Shown piece by piece: positions 8,862-18,361 of a DNA stretch of 64,000 nt. Every line of letters begins with the position of its first letter. The stretch's first letter is position 1. The translations under genes and the position numbers were made by a program. The notes beneath the pieces are model-generated. The model had not been told where the DNA came from. It saw only the letters and a program-made list of their open reading frames with translations, and searched no databases. Source of the stretch: Pseudohongiellaceae bacterium (lineage in GTDB: Bacteria; Pseudomonadota; Gammaproteobacteria; Pseudomonadales; Pseudohongiellaceae); assembly GCA_049446715.1 (NCBI GenBank), contig JBMTQX010000009.1, forward strand, positions 3,886 through 67,885, in the 5' to 3' direction.

Positions 8862-10895
8862 CTAGAACTTGTAGGTCAGGCCAACCCGCAGGTTGATCGG
8901 CACAGCAGCGCGGCTGATGGTGCAATCGAGCACATTGCAGTCGATGTCATCCGCCGAGGAGCCAACCGGGTCAAGACCGGGCACATAGGCCGGGTAGTAA
9001 TAGACAATTTCCTTGCGGTCAGTATCCAGCAGGTTGGTGACTTCGGCAAAGGCGGTCAGGTTATGCCAGTGCCAGGCGCCACGGACACTCACTGAGGTCA
9101 GCGACTGGGCGCGTCGGCTGTTGTCGGCGGTCAGGGCATACGGTCCCAGATAGCGCATGCGCAGGGCCAGGTCCCAGTTGTCACGGCTGGCGGAGATACC
9201 GATCTGCCCGGCTTCCTCCACCGCCTGTTCGACAAAATCACCATCCGGGTTGTTCACATAACGGGCATCACTATGGGTATACACCGCATCAACACCTAGC
9301 CAGTACAGCGGTTGCCAGAACATGGTGAGCTCGTAACCGTCGCGCTCCGAGCCACCCTTGGGTTCCACCGAGTTCGAGTCCCCGACGAAAATCAGCTCAG
9401 ATTCCTGGTCCAGCCACCAGTAGGTGGCAGTGAACTTGAAGTCGCCGATTGTCCAGCGTCCGCCCAGTTCCTGGCCTTCGCCAGGCGACAGCCCCGGAAC
9501 AGGGGCCACTGCATTGACGACACCGCGGGCATCGTTGGAATGAAATCCGCGGCCCCAGTTGGCATACAGCTCCAGGTCATCCAGGGCCTGCCAGGCCAGC
9601 GCCACTTTCGGTGAGACCAGGGAATCGGTGGCGTTTCCGGTGACGCTGAGCGGGTTCAGGCCAATGGCCTCGAAATCGTAGTAGTCGGCGCGCACACCGC
9701 CGATCAGGCGCAATTTGTCGGTGGCATACCAGGTCGCTTCCAGGAAGGCGCCATATGAGCTTTCCTGGATTTCATTGGCCGCGATGTCGGCCACGTAAAC
9801 GCCTTGGTTGGTATGTTCAACACCGATTCGACTGCCATCGTCATAGCGGAAGTTGCCGCCGCCAATGAGGCGGTAGCCCATGCCGTCCAGCAAGGTTTTC
9901 TCGGCCTGACCGCCTACCGTCCAGCGCTTGTCGAACTGGTTGATCTGGAAATCGTAGGTCGGGTTTGACGACATGGTCCAGTCGTAGGTCTGGGCATATA
10001 GGGTGCCGCTCCAGTCATCCCCGGTGAGCTCGCTGGTCACAATCCAGCGTGAAGTTTCACCTTCCGCTGTCGGGTCAAGTGAGCAGAAGGCATCAGCACA
10101 GGCCGCTGTGCCGAAGGCCCGTTCAGGCACCTGTTCGGTCGGGTCCCAGTCAGCTTCGTAACCGGACACGGTCACCAGCAGCTGGCCGAAATCCATATCA
10201 CGCAGAAATTTGCTCCACAGGGCGATGTGGTTCAGATCCTCGGGCTTTTCCCAGGGACCGTCGTTCTGTTTGTATTCACCGATAAAGGTCAGTGTGCCGT
10301 CACCCACCTGCTGACTCACGCCACCTGCTGCCCGGCGCCAGCCAAGCTCACCACTGCCCAGGGAGACAAAGTTATCGTCAAGACGGTCGATGGTCTTGAT
10401 GAGTGAGGCACCGGCCATGGATAAATCGCCCATATCGGCCCGGTACGGGCCCTTGCGATAATCGATGCGTTCCACGGTTTCCGGGATCAGCCCGTTCACG
10501 TCCAGGTAGCCCTGGCCATGACCGTGGCTGCGCAGGTTCATGGGCATGCCATCCACGAACACCGAATAGTCGGTGCCGTGGTCGAGATTGAAACCGCGCA
10601 GGAAGTACTGGTTGGCCTTGCCACTGCCAGAGTGCTGCACCGCCACCATGCCGGGCATGGATTCCAGCAGCTCCGCTGTTCTGAACAGGGGCTTGACCAG
10701 CAGGTCGGCGCCCGAAACAGAGCCTTCGCTGGCGGCTTCAGCCGTCCCGACAAGATCCGTGTTGCGGCCAAAGACGACAATTTCCTCGAGCTCGGGCGGC
10801 TGGGCCAACACCGGCATGGCGGCAAGCGCGACACTGATGGCTGTCATGAGCTTGCCACACCTGATGCCGGCACGGTGCGGGATCGTCTTGGACAT
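8862..10895 (-). CDS. TonB-dependent outer-membrane receptor
   Basis: 677 aa; signal peptide; plug region EEIVVFGR...; C-terminal beta-barrel ending LRVGLTYKF (terminal Phe). Confidence 0.9.
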   Translation of the reverse strand: MSKTIPHRAGIRCGKLMTAISVALAAMPVLAQPPELEEIVVFGRNTDLVGTAEAASEGSVSGADLLVKPLFRTAELLESMPGMVAVQHSGSGKANQYFLRGFNLDHGTDYSVFVDGMPMNLRSHGHGQGYLDVNGLIPETVERIDYRKGPYRADMGDLSMAGASLIKTIDRLDDNFVSLGSGELGWRRAAGGVSQQVGDGTLTFIGEYKQNDGPWEKPEDLNHIALWSKFLRDMDFGQLLVTVSGYEADWDPTEQVPERAFGTAACADAFCSLDPTAEGETSRWIVTSELTGDDWSGTLYAQTYDWTMSSNPTYDFQINQFDKRWTVGGQAEKTLLDGMGYRLIGGGNFRYDDGSRIGVEHTNQGVYVADIAANEIQESSYGAFLEATWYATDKLRLIGGVRADYYDFEAIGLNPLSVTGNATDSLVSPKVALAWQALDDLELYANWGRGFHSNDARGVVNAVAPVPGLSPGEGQELGGRWTIGDFKFTATYWWLDQESELIFVGDSNSVEPKGGSERDGYELTMFWQPLYWLGVDAVYTHSDARYVNNPDGDFVEQAVEEAGQIGISASRDNWDLALRMRYLGPYALTADNSRRAQSLTSVSVRGAWHWHNLTAFAEVTNLLDTDRKEIVYYYPAYVPGLDPVGSSADDIDCNVLDCTISRAAVPINLRVGLTYKF

Positions 10896-11063
10896 GGTTT
10901 TCTCCTTACTGCTGCGGACTGCTGCTGGGCGTGACTAAGTAGTTGCTGGCGGTTTTATGCCCGTGGAAGCGCTTTCATCACGCGACCCCGGCCGTGGCCT
11001 TACTGACTATATTAGGGCGAAAAATGAATGAAATGAGGCCGTTAACGGTTCCAAACTGTTACG

Positions 11064-11073
11064 TTAACGTTAA
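11064..11073. promoter_or_regulatory. Perfect 10-bp palindrome TTAACGTTAA, copy 3, in a GTTAAC-rich cluster (11041-11085)
   Basis: Upstream of the TonB-dependent receptor start (10895); GTTAAC also at 11041, 11069 and 11080. Confidence 0.45.
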
Positions 11074-11155
11074 CCGGCAGTTAACTGGCACGCGCATCTT
11101 GTCACCGGGGTTTACGGCGATGGTGCACAGGCTGTGAACAAGCCGTTGCATACCC

Positions 11156-11164
11156 TGTGGATAA
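11156..11164 (-). promoter_or_regulatory. Consensus DnaA box (TTATCCACA on the - strand) about 150 bp upstream of dnaB
   Basis: The plus strand reads TGTGGATAA; a single 9-mer could occur by chance in 64 kb. Confidence 0.3.
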
Positions 11165-11313
11165 CCCGAAAACCGGTGTATTTCCGGCGTGATCCGGCAT
11201 AAAGCGGATGCAATGACAGGCCGCTCGTGGCACACTTTCCGACCGCGCCGGGGAAAGTCCTGACCGGGCTGATTTGCTTCTAAAACCGATACCAATCACA
11301 ACCAAAACAGGCC

Positions 11314-12855
11314 ATGGCCGAGTCACCGTTCAGCGACAACAAGATTCCCGAATCCGCGCAGGGCCGCACCACGAGCCTGAAACTGCCCCCGCATTCCATC
11401 GATGCCGAACAGTCCGTGCTTGGAGCGCTGATGCTGGACAACAGCGCCTGGCATGATGTCGCCGACATCCTCATGCATGAGGATTTCTACCGCAAGGAAC
11501 ACAAGCTGATCTTCCAGGCCATGCAGCAGCAGGCCGCCGCCAGTGACCCCATCGACCTGGTGACCCTGAGCGAAGCCCTGGACAACGCCAGCAACCTGGA
11601 TGCTGTGGGCGGCCTGGACTACCTCGGTGAGCTGGTGGAAAGCTCACCCAGCACCGCCAATATCCGTGCCTACGCCAACATCATTCGCGAGCGTGCCATC
11701 CAGCGTAAACTGATTACCGCCGCCAACACGATTTCCGAACACGCCTTCAATCCCGACGGCCGCGACAGTGTCGAGCTGCTCGACCTCGCGGAGAAGCAGG
11801 TGTTCAACATTGCCGATGAACGTCCCCGTGACGGCGGCCCGCGCATCGTCAGCCCAATCGTCGATGAAGCCCTCGACCGCATCGACAAGCTGTTTGAAGC
11901 CAAGGGCAGCATCACCGGCCTGACCACCGGTTTTACCGACCTGGACAAGAAAACCTCCGGCCTGCAGAAATCCGACCTGGTCATCGTCGCCGGGCGCCCC
12001 TCGATGGGGAAAACCAGTTTTGCCATGAATCTGGTGGAAAATGCGCTGCTGGCCTCCAACAAGCCTGTGCTGGTGTTCAGCCTGGAAATGCCGGCAGACA
12101 GCCTGGTCATTCGTATGCTGTCCTCGCTGGGCAAGATCGACCAGACCAAGATGCGCAACGGCCAGCTTGAAGAAGAGGACTGGCCCAAACTCACCAATGC
12201 CGTCAGCAAGATCAAGGACAAGCCGCTGTTCATCGATGACAATCCCGGCCTGAGCCCGATGGAAATGCGCTCACGCGCACGCCGTATCTGGCGCGAGCAC
12301 GGCCACATCGGCATGATCATGGTGGACTACCTGCAGCTCATGCAGATCAAGGGTTCGGCGGAAAGCCGCACTAACGAGATCTCCGAGATCTCGCGCTCCC
12401 TGAAACTCATGGCGCGTGAATTCGAATGTCCCGTGGTCGCCTTGTCGCAGCTCAACCGCTCCCTGGAGCAGCGCCCCAACAAGCGCCCGGTGATGTCTGA
12501 CCTGCGCGAGTCCGGCGCCATCGAGCAGGACGCCGACGTCATCATGTTCGTCTACCGCGACGAGGTGTACAACGAGGACACCCAGGACAAGGGCGTGGCG
12601 GAAATCATCATCGGCAAACAGCGTAACGGTCCCATCGGTACAGAACGCCTGAGCTTCATCGGCAAGTACACCCGCTTTGAAAACTTCATGCCGGTCAACG
12701 AAGACTTTCATGGCGGCTTCAGCAACAACTATTACGGCCAGGCCGGCTCGGCGCCCTCCAGCAGCGCGCCACCGCCCACCCCCGGCATTACCCCGGACTT
12801 CGGTCCCGATGCCTTCAACAACGACTTCGATGACGACGATGCCTTTGATGATTAG
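11314..12855 (+). CDS. dnaB: Replicative DNA helicase DnaB with ~55-aa low-complexity/acidic C-terminal extension
   Basis: PPHSIDAEQSVLGALMLDN, Walker A GRPSMGKTSFAMN, LSQLNRSLEQR; 513 aa ending DFDDDDAFDD. Confidence 0.95.
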   Translation: MAESPFSDNKIPESAQGRTTSLKLPPHSIDAEQSVLGALMLDNSAWHDVADILMHEDFYRKEHKLIFQAMQQQAAASDPIDLVTLSEALDNASNLDAVGGLDYLGELVESSPSTANIRAYANIIRERAIQRKLITAANTISEHAFNPDGRDSVELLDLAEKQVFNIADERPRDGGPRIVSPIVDEALDRIDKLFEAKGSITGLTTGFTDLDKKTSGLQKSDLVIVAGRPSMGKTSFAMNLVENALLASNKPVLVFSLEMPADSLVIRMLSSLGKIDQTKMRNGQLEEEDWPKLTNAVSKIKDKPLFIDDNPGLSPMEMRSRARRIWREHGHIGMIMVDYLQLMQIKGSAESRTNEISEISRSLKLMAREFECPVVALSQLNRSLEQRPNKRPVMSDLRESGAIEQDADVIMFVYRDEVYNEDTQDKGVAEIIIGKQRNGPIGTERLSFIGKYTRFENFMPVNEDFHGGFSNNYYGQAGSAPSSSAPPPTPGITPDFGPDAFNNDFDDDDAFDD

Positions 12856-12900
12856 GCTTTTGCCCGTCATGCCGCACGCACGCCGCTGACAGGATTGCTC

Positions 12901-14013
12901 ATGGTTCATCGCGTCCAGGCCACCATCGACCTCCAGGCTCTGCGCCACAATTTTGCTGTCGCACGAAAACACGCGCGTGCCAGACACGTGGCGGCCATCA
13001 TCAAGGCCAATGCCTACGGTCATGGCATGACCGAAGTTGCCCAGGCACTGACGGATGCTGACCTGTTCGGAGTGACCGATGTGCTGGAGGCGCTCGCCCT
13101 GGATACCGTCGGCACCGGCAAACCCGTGCTGATTCTGCAGGGCATGATGAAGGCCGATGACATAGCCGCCGTGGCCGAGCACAACTTCCAGCTGGTGGTG
13201 CATACGCCTGATCAGCTGCGAATCCTGGAAGACACCCTGGGCAAAATGACCCTGAAAGCGCCGCTGACCCTGTGGCTGAAAATGGATTCCGGCATGGGCC
13301 GCCTGGGTATCGACCCCGCCACCTACGCCACCACCTGGCGCGCCCTGAAAGGCCGGCCCTGGGTGAAAGACGTCATCATGATGACCCACCTGGCCAATTC
13401 CAGCCTGCCCGCTTCACCGCTCAACCAGCAGCAGATAAAAGCCTTTCGCGTGGTTGAGGAACAGTTATCTGCCGAACACCCCGTGACCAGCATTCCTTGT
13501 TCGTCAGGGCTGCTGACCTCACTGGACACTCAGTGCGAGTGGGCGCGTCCGGGCATCATGCTGTATGGCTCCTCACCCTTTGCCTGGTCCGAAGCAAGCC
13601 TGCGCCGGGAGGCCTTTGACCTGAAAGCCGTGATGACCCTGGAAGCCCGCATCATTGCCGTGAAACAGCTCAAGGCCGGTGACAATATCGGTTACTGCTC
13701 ACAGTTCATCTGTCCGCGGGACATGCGCGCCGGCATCGTCAGCATCGGTTATGCCGATGGCTATCCGAGCAATGCGCCCAATGAGACGCCGGTCATGGTT
13801 GACGGCAAACGCACCTGCACGGTGGGACGGGTGTCGATGGACATGCTGGCCGTGGATTTGTCCGAGATCCCCGAGGCCCGGGAAGGGGGTGTTGCCACCC
13901 TGTGGGGAGAAGCTCTGTCCCTGGATGAAGTGGCGGCAAAAACCGGCATTCTGTCCTATAACCTGACCTGCAGCATCGCGCGTCGGGTAGAGTTCAGTTA
14001 TATCAACGGATAA
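12901..14013 (+). CDS. alr: Alanine racemase
   Basis: PLP-lysine motif AIIKANAYGHG; dnaB-alr synteny; ATG 12901 preferred (AGGA 6 nt upstream) over the TTG at 12895. Confidence 0.9.
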   Translation: MVHRVQATIDLQALRHNFAVARKHARARHVAAIIKANAYGHGMTEVAQALTDADLFGVTDVLEALALDTVGTGKPVLILQGMMKADDIAAVAEHNFQLVVHTPDQLRILEDTLGKMTLKAPLTLWLKMDSGMGRLGIDPATYATTWRALKGRPWVKDVIMMTHLANSSLPASPLNQQQIKAFRVVEEQLSAEHPVTSIPCSSGLLTSLDTQCEWARPGIMLYGSSPFAWSEASLRREAFDLKAVMTLEARIIAVKQLKAGDNIGYCSQFICPRDMRAGIVSIGYADGYPSNAPNETPVMVDGKRTCTVGRVSMDMLAVDLSEIPEAREGGVATLWGEALSLDEVAAKTGILSYNLTCSIARRVEFSYING

Positions 14014-14016
14014 GTG

Positions 14017-14131
14017 GTAGGTCGGCATAGCCGCAACGCGGCGTTTGCCGACATCATCGCCAATCAGAATACATAACATGTCGGCAAACGGCCTGCGGCC
14101 TTATAGGCCCCAGAGGGTAATGCCGACCTAA
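14017..14131. repeat. REP family 1 inverted doublet
   Basis: 14017-14052 GTAGGTCGGCATAGCCGCAACGCGGCGTTTGCCGAC (+); 14080-14131 GTCGGCAAACGGCCTGCGGCC...TGCCGACCTAA (-, with an insertion in the loop). Confidence 0.75.
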
Positions 14132-14183
14132 GACATTTTGAAAGACAACTAACGCGGAAGCACCGCGATATTTTCGATCTCCT

Positions 14184-15566
14184 ATGGCCAAACAAAAATC
14201 CGCCTACGTGTGCAGTGACTGCGGCGCCGAATATACCAAATGGCAGGGCCAGTGCATGGCCTGCAGCGAATGGAATACACTGACCCGCGTCATGCTGGGG
14301 CCGGCTACCACACCGTCGGCACCGAAAAACTTCCGCCGCCAGGGCATTACCGGTGATGCCGGTGGTCCCGGCGCCAGTGTACAGACACTTGGCAGCATCG
14401 ACCTGGAAGAACAGCCGCGCTTTTCCTCCACGCTGGGCGAATTCGATCGCGTGCTCGGCGGCGGTCTGGTACCCGGTTCTGCCATCCTAATCGGCGGCAA
14501 TCCCGGCGCCGGCAAGAGCACACTGCTGCTGCAGGTGATGTGCCATCTGTCCCAGACCATGGAAGCGCTGTACGTCACCGGCGAGGAAAGCCTGCAGCAG
14601 GTCGGCATGCGCGCCAGGCGCTTGGGCCTGCCCGTGAACAATCTGAAGATGCTGGCCGAAACCAACATCGAGGAAATCACCCGGGTGGCCGAAGAGTGCC
14701 GTCCGAAAGTCATCGTGGTGGATTCCATCCAGGTCATGCATTCGGCGGATGTCACTTCCGCGCCCGGCAGTGTCAGCCAGGTGCGCGAATGCGCTGCCTA
14801 CCTGATCCAATATGCCAAGCAGACCGGCACCGCCCTGTTCCTGGTGGGCCATGTCACCAAGGACGGCAACCTGGCCGGTCCGAAAGTGCTCGAACACATG
14901 ATCGACTGCTTCATGATGCTCGACGGCGATGGCGATAGCCGCTACCGCACCCTGCGCGGGCAGAAAAACCGTTTTGGTGCCGTCAATGAACTCGGCGTGT
15001 TTGCCATGACCGGCACCGGCATGAAGGAAGTGAAAAATCCCTCGGCGATTTTCCTGGCTCGGGAAGAGGAAATTTCGCCGGGCAGCGTGGTGGTGGTGCT
15101 GTGGGAAGGCACGCGCCCGCTGCTGGTGGAAATCCAGGCGCTGGTGGATGCCAGCCAGTACGGCAACCCGCGCCGCGTTTCGGTCGGGCTCGACAACAAC
15201 CGCGTCGCCATGCTGCTGGCGGTATTGCATCGTCACGGCGGCATGTTCATGGCTGACCAGGATGTGTTCGTCAACGTGGTCGGCGGCGTACGCGTGGCGG
15301 AAACCAGTGCCGACCTGGCGCTGATCCTGGCCATCGTGTCCAGCTTCAAGGACCAGGTACTGCCGCGCGAACTCGTGGTCTTTGGTGAAGTCGGCCTGGC
15401 CGGTGAAATCCGTCCCGTGCCCAGCGGCCAGGAACGGCTCAGCGAAGCCGCCAAGCATGGCTTCACCCGTGCCATCGTGCCCAAGGCCAATGCGCCGAAA
15501 AAGAAAATCGACGGTATGAACGTCATTGCCGTCAGCAAACTCAGTGAAGCCCTCGATGCGCTATGA
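14184..15566 (+). CDS. radA: DNA repair protein RadA (Sms)
   Basis: Zn-finger CSDCGAEYTKWQGQCMACSEWNTL, Walker A GNPGAGKSTLLLQ, KNRFG motif, Lon-like C-terminal domain. Confidence 0.95.
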   Translation: MAKQKSAYVCSDCGAEYTKWQGQCMACSEWNTLTRVMLGPATTPSAPKNFRRQGITGDAGGPGASVQTLGSIDLEEQPRFSSTLGEFDRVLGGGLVPGSAILIGGNPGAGKSTLLLQVMCHLSQTMEALYVTGEESLQQVGMRARRLGLPVNNLKMLAETNIEEITRVAEECRPKVIVVDSIQVMHSADVTSAPGSVSQVRECAAYLIQYAKQTGTALFLVGHVTKDGNLAGPKVLEHMIDCFMMLDGDGDSRYRTLRGQKNRFGAVNELGVFAMTGTGMKEVKNPSAIFLAREEEISPGSVVVVLWEGTRPLLVEIQALVDASQYGNPRRVSVGLDNNRVAMLLAVLHRHGGMFMADQDVFVNVVGGVRVAETSADLALILAIVSSFKDQVLPRELVVFGEVGLAGEIRPVPSGQERLSEAAKHGFTRAIVPKANAPKKKIDGMNVIAVSKLSEALDAL

Positions 15567-15668
15567 ACTACGTGACACTTATCCGGGGAATTTTCTGCGA
15601 CTCGTGCGGAAGATTTTCCGCTCAGACTCTGTCACCCTGCGTTCACAAATTTTGGTGAAGGAGCACGC

Positions 15669-17099
15669 ATGAAAGTATTGATCAGCCTGGCCACCGTGGT
15701 GGTCATCGGTGCCGGCACTGCCAGCCCCATTCTCATTGGCAAGAATGTGGAAGAGACCCTACGCGCCAACGTGGAGCGCATTGATGCCAATCCGTTTTAC
15801 CGCGCATCGGTCGAAAGCTACGAATCCCGCTACCGCGATGCCAGTGCCGTGATCAGTATCGGCCTTGACACGGCAGCCATTACGGCTGACATGACGCCGG
15901 AGGAACGTGCGGCGATCCTGCCAATGCTGGCGGCACTGGAAGACGGCATTCCGTTTACCCTGGATATCCAGCATGGACCGCTGCTGGATTCGCCGACGCG
16001 CAGCACCGGTCTTGTCCATGTCCGAATCGGCATTGATGGCGGCATCGACCTGCCACCCATGCTGGCAACCGCCCTAACCCATGCCGCTGCCACCGATGCC
16101 AGCCTGAGCTTTGGCTTCAACGGGGACGGTGAGCTCCTGTTCAATGCCCCGTCCTTCGAGGCCGAGGAAGACGGTGAGCGCCTATCATTGGGCGGCATGC
16201 AGTTACTGGTCAACCTGGGCAGTTGGGGGCGGGTCTATGACGCCAGGGGCAGTATTGGCAATACCGTGCTGTTCGACGACAACACCGGCAACAGCATGGC
16301 CCTGTCACCCACGACCCTGGCCATGCAGGGCGATATGCGCAACGGCTTTGTCGGCGGTACCGGGGATTTCGAGTTCGATGTCACCGGCATCGAGATCGTG
16401 ACACCGGAAGATACGGTGAATGTAGAACACCTCACCATGAACACCTCCATCACCTCGCCCTCGGATGAGCGCATCGATGTGGTCTACCAGTTCGGCATCG
16501 CGCGCATGACCAGCGAGGAATTGCGCGCCCCACTGGAAGACCTGGCCTTCCATTTTTCCATTCGCGACATGGACAAGGCGGCGCTGCAGGCGCTGGCTGA
16601 CCTCTATGTGAGTCCCAACTTTTTTACCCAGGATCCGCAAGTGATGCAGCAGGCACTGCAGGCTGCCATGGCCAACACCTACGGCAACGCCGAGTTTCGT
16701 CTCGACAGCTTGGCCTTCACTTACGGTGATGGTGTCTTCCTGAACATGTCCGGTACCCTGCGCATCGATGACAGCCTGTTCAGCAACCCGGCCGCCCTGC
16801 AGAATCCGTTTGCCATGATGGGCGCTGTCGACCTAGATCTCGACCTGGCGTTTTCCCAGGGCATGGCTGACATTGCCTACGAGCAATTCCTGCGCAACCA
16901 GCTCGACGCCAATGACATGAGCGCGCAGGACCTCGACCAGATCATCATGCTGCAGCGCCCGCAACTGGGCATCATGCTGGGCCAGCTGGTCCAGGCCGGT
17001 ACACTGATCGCCAAGCAGGAAGGCTATGAGATCGCCGTTTCCCTGAATGACGGCAACCTGCTGATCAACGGTGCGCCCGGCAACCTTCCTTTCTTCTGA
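15669..17099 (+). CDS. DUF945 (YdgA-like) family protein, secreted or periplasmic
   Basis: 476 aa; N-terminal signal/anchor MKVLISLATVVVIGAG; layout and HGP motif resemble YdgA family. Confidence 0.6.
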   Translation: MKVLISLATVVVIGAGTASPILIGKNVEETLRANVERIDANPFYRASVESYESRYRDASAVISIGLDTAAITADMTPEERAAILPMLAALEDGIPFTLDIQHGPLLDSPTRSTGLVHVRIGIDGGIDLPPMLATALTHAAATDASLSFGFNGDGELLFNAPSFEAEEDGERLSLGGMQLLVNLGSWGRVYDARGSIGNTVLFDDNTGNSMALSPTTLAMQGDMRNGFVGGTGDFEFDVTGIEIVTPEDTVNVEHLTMNTSITSPSDERIDVVYQFGIARMTSEELRAPLEDLAFHFSIRDMDKAALQALADLYVSPNFFTQDPQVMQQALQAAMANTYGNAEFRLDSLAFTYGDGVFLNMSGTLRIDDSLFSNPAALQNPFAMMGAVDLDLDLAFSQGMADIAYEQFLRNQLDANDMSAQDLDQIIMLQRPQLGIMLGQLVQAGTLIAKQEGYEIAVSLNDGNLLINGAPGNLPFF

Positions 17100-17116
17100 G
17101 ACCTGTTCACATCACC

Positions 17117-18178
17117 ATGTCAAACCCGCTAATTCCCGAACGCCCGCTGCTGATATCGCCGACCCTGGCCGCCACCATTGGCCTGGAAGAGGCGGTCATG
17201 CTGCATGTCCTGAGCGAGCTGATGCTGCGCCAGCCGGGCAACGGCGACTGGCTGGAGATCAGCGACAAGGCCCTGGGTGAAGCACTGCCCTTCTGGGAAG
17301 CCGGCGACATCGGCCATATTCGCCAGAACCTGCTGGAAAAAGGCCTGATTCATATCGATACCGCTGGCTGTGCCCCGGGAGTCATGCGCCTGGCGATCCA
17401 GCAGGCCGGCAACAGCAAACCGGCTCAGCTGCAGCCGCGTGCTCCGGCACAGGCTGCTGCACCGGCCGCTCGCCCCAGCCCGAGCGGCCGGGCTACCATG
17501 ATACCGGCAGATTGGCAGCCCAGCGCCGATCTGTATGAGCTGTGCCGCAAGCGCAATATCCCGCGTGATTTCATCGACGAACATGTGCGCCTGTTTGTCA
17601 TCAGCCAGCAGGAGCGCGGCCGCACCCAGTACTCCTGGCACAATGTCTTCTACAAGTACATCGTGCAGGAATGGGAAAAGAGTCGCAGCCACCGCGGGCT
17701 GAAGGAACTGGAAGCCAATATGTCCGCGGACTGGCAGCCCAGCGAGGATGCCTTCAGCATTCTTGAACACGCCGGCATCAATCATTCCTTCATTGAGGAT
17801 GCCGTACCCGAGTTCGTCCTTTACTGGCGCGAGACCGGCCTGAAAACCAGCACCTGGAACACCAAGTTCATAGCCCATGTGCGGCGCCAGTGGGCCAAGT
17901 TCGAAGCCGCGCTGGAGCATGACACCGCCCCCCGGCTGTTGCCGGAAGACTACCAGCCCAGTGATGAAGTGTATGACGTGCTGGAGCTGGCCAACATCGA
18001 CCTGAAGTTTGCCCAGGAGCTGATTCTGGAATTCGTGCTCTACTGGCGCGAAAGAAAAGAAGTGTCAGCGTCTTGGCACACGAAGTTTCTGCAGCATGTG
18101 AAGTACCGCTGGTCCCACCGCCAGGCAGAGAAAGGTGACTTTATAGACAAAGTCACCGACCGCTCCTGGGCCAGTTAA
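17117..18178 (+). CDS. Protein with an N-terminal wHTH-like region and three tandem DnaT-like DNA-binding repeats
   Basis: Three ~65-aa repeats starting ADWQPSADLYEL, ADWQPSEDAFSI and EDYQPSDEVYDV, each with F(V/I)xYW...SW..KF..HV...W. Confidence 0.6.
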   Translation: MSNPLIPERPLLISPTLAATIGLEEAVMLHVLSELMLRQPGNGDWLEISDKALGEALPFWEAGDIGHIRQNLLEKGLIHIDTAGCAPGVMRLAIQQAGNSKPAQLQPRAPAQAAAPAARPSPSGRATMIPADWQPSADLYELCRKRNIPRDFIDEHVRLFVISQQERGRTQYSWHNVFYKYIVQEWEKSRSHRGLKELEANMSADWQPSEDAFSILEHAGINHSFIEDAVPEFVLYWRETGLKTSTWNTKFIAHVRRQWAKFEAALEHDTAPRLLPEDYQPSDEVYDVLELANIDLKFAQELILEFVLYWRERKEVSASWHTKFLQHVKYRWSHRQAEKGDFIDKVTDRSWAS

Positions 18179-18361
18179 CTTTTTGATGTAAGCACAATCG
18201 CAGTTGCTACTGCGCTCGGCTACTCGGCGTTAAAAAGGTGCTCAGTCAGTCACGGATGATTCATACGCTCCTGCCTTGCGCGCATCTTGCCTTGATTAGC
18301 CTTCGCTCGTGACGCTGCCAAAATTTGAACTTTTCTGGGCGCCCTGCGGACCTTATCCGGC

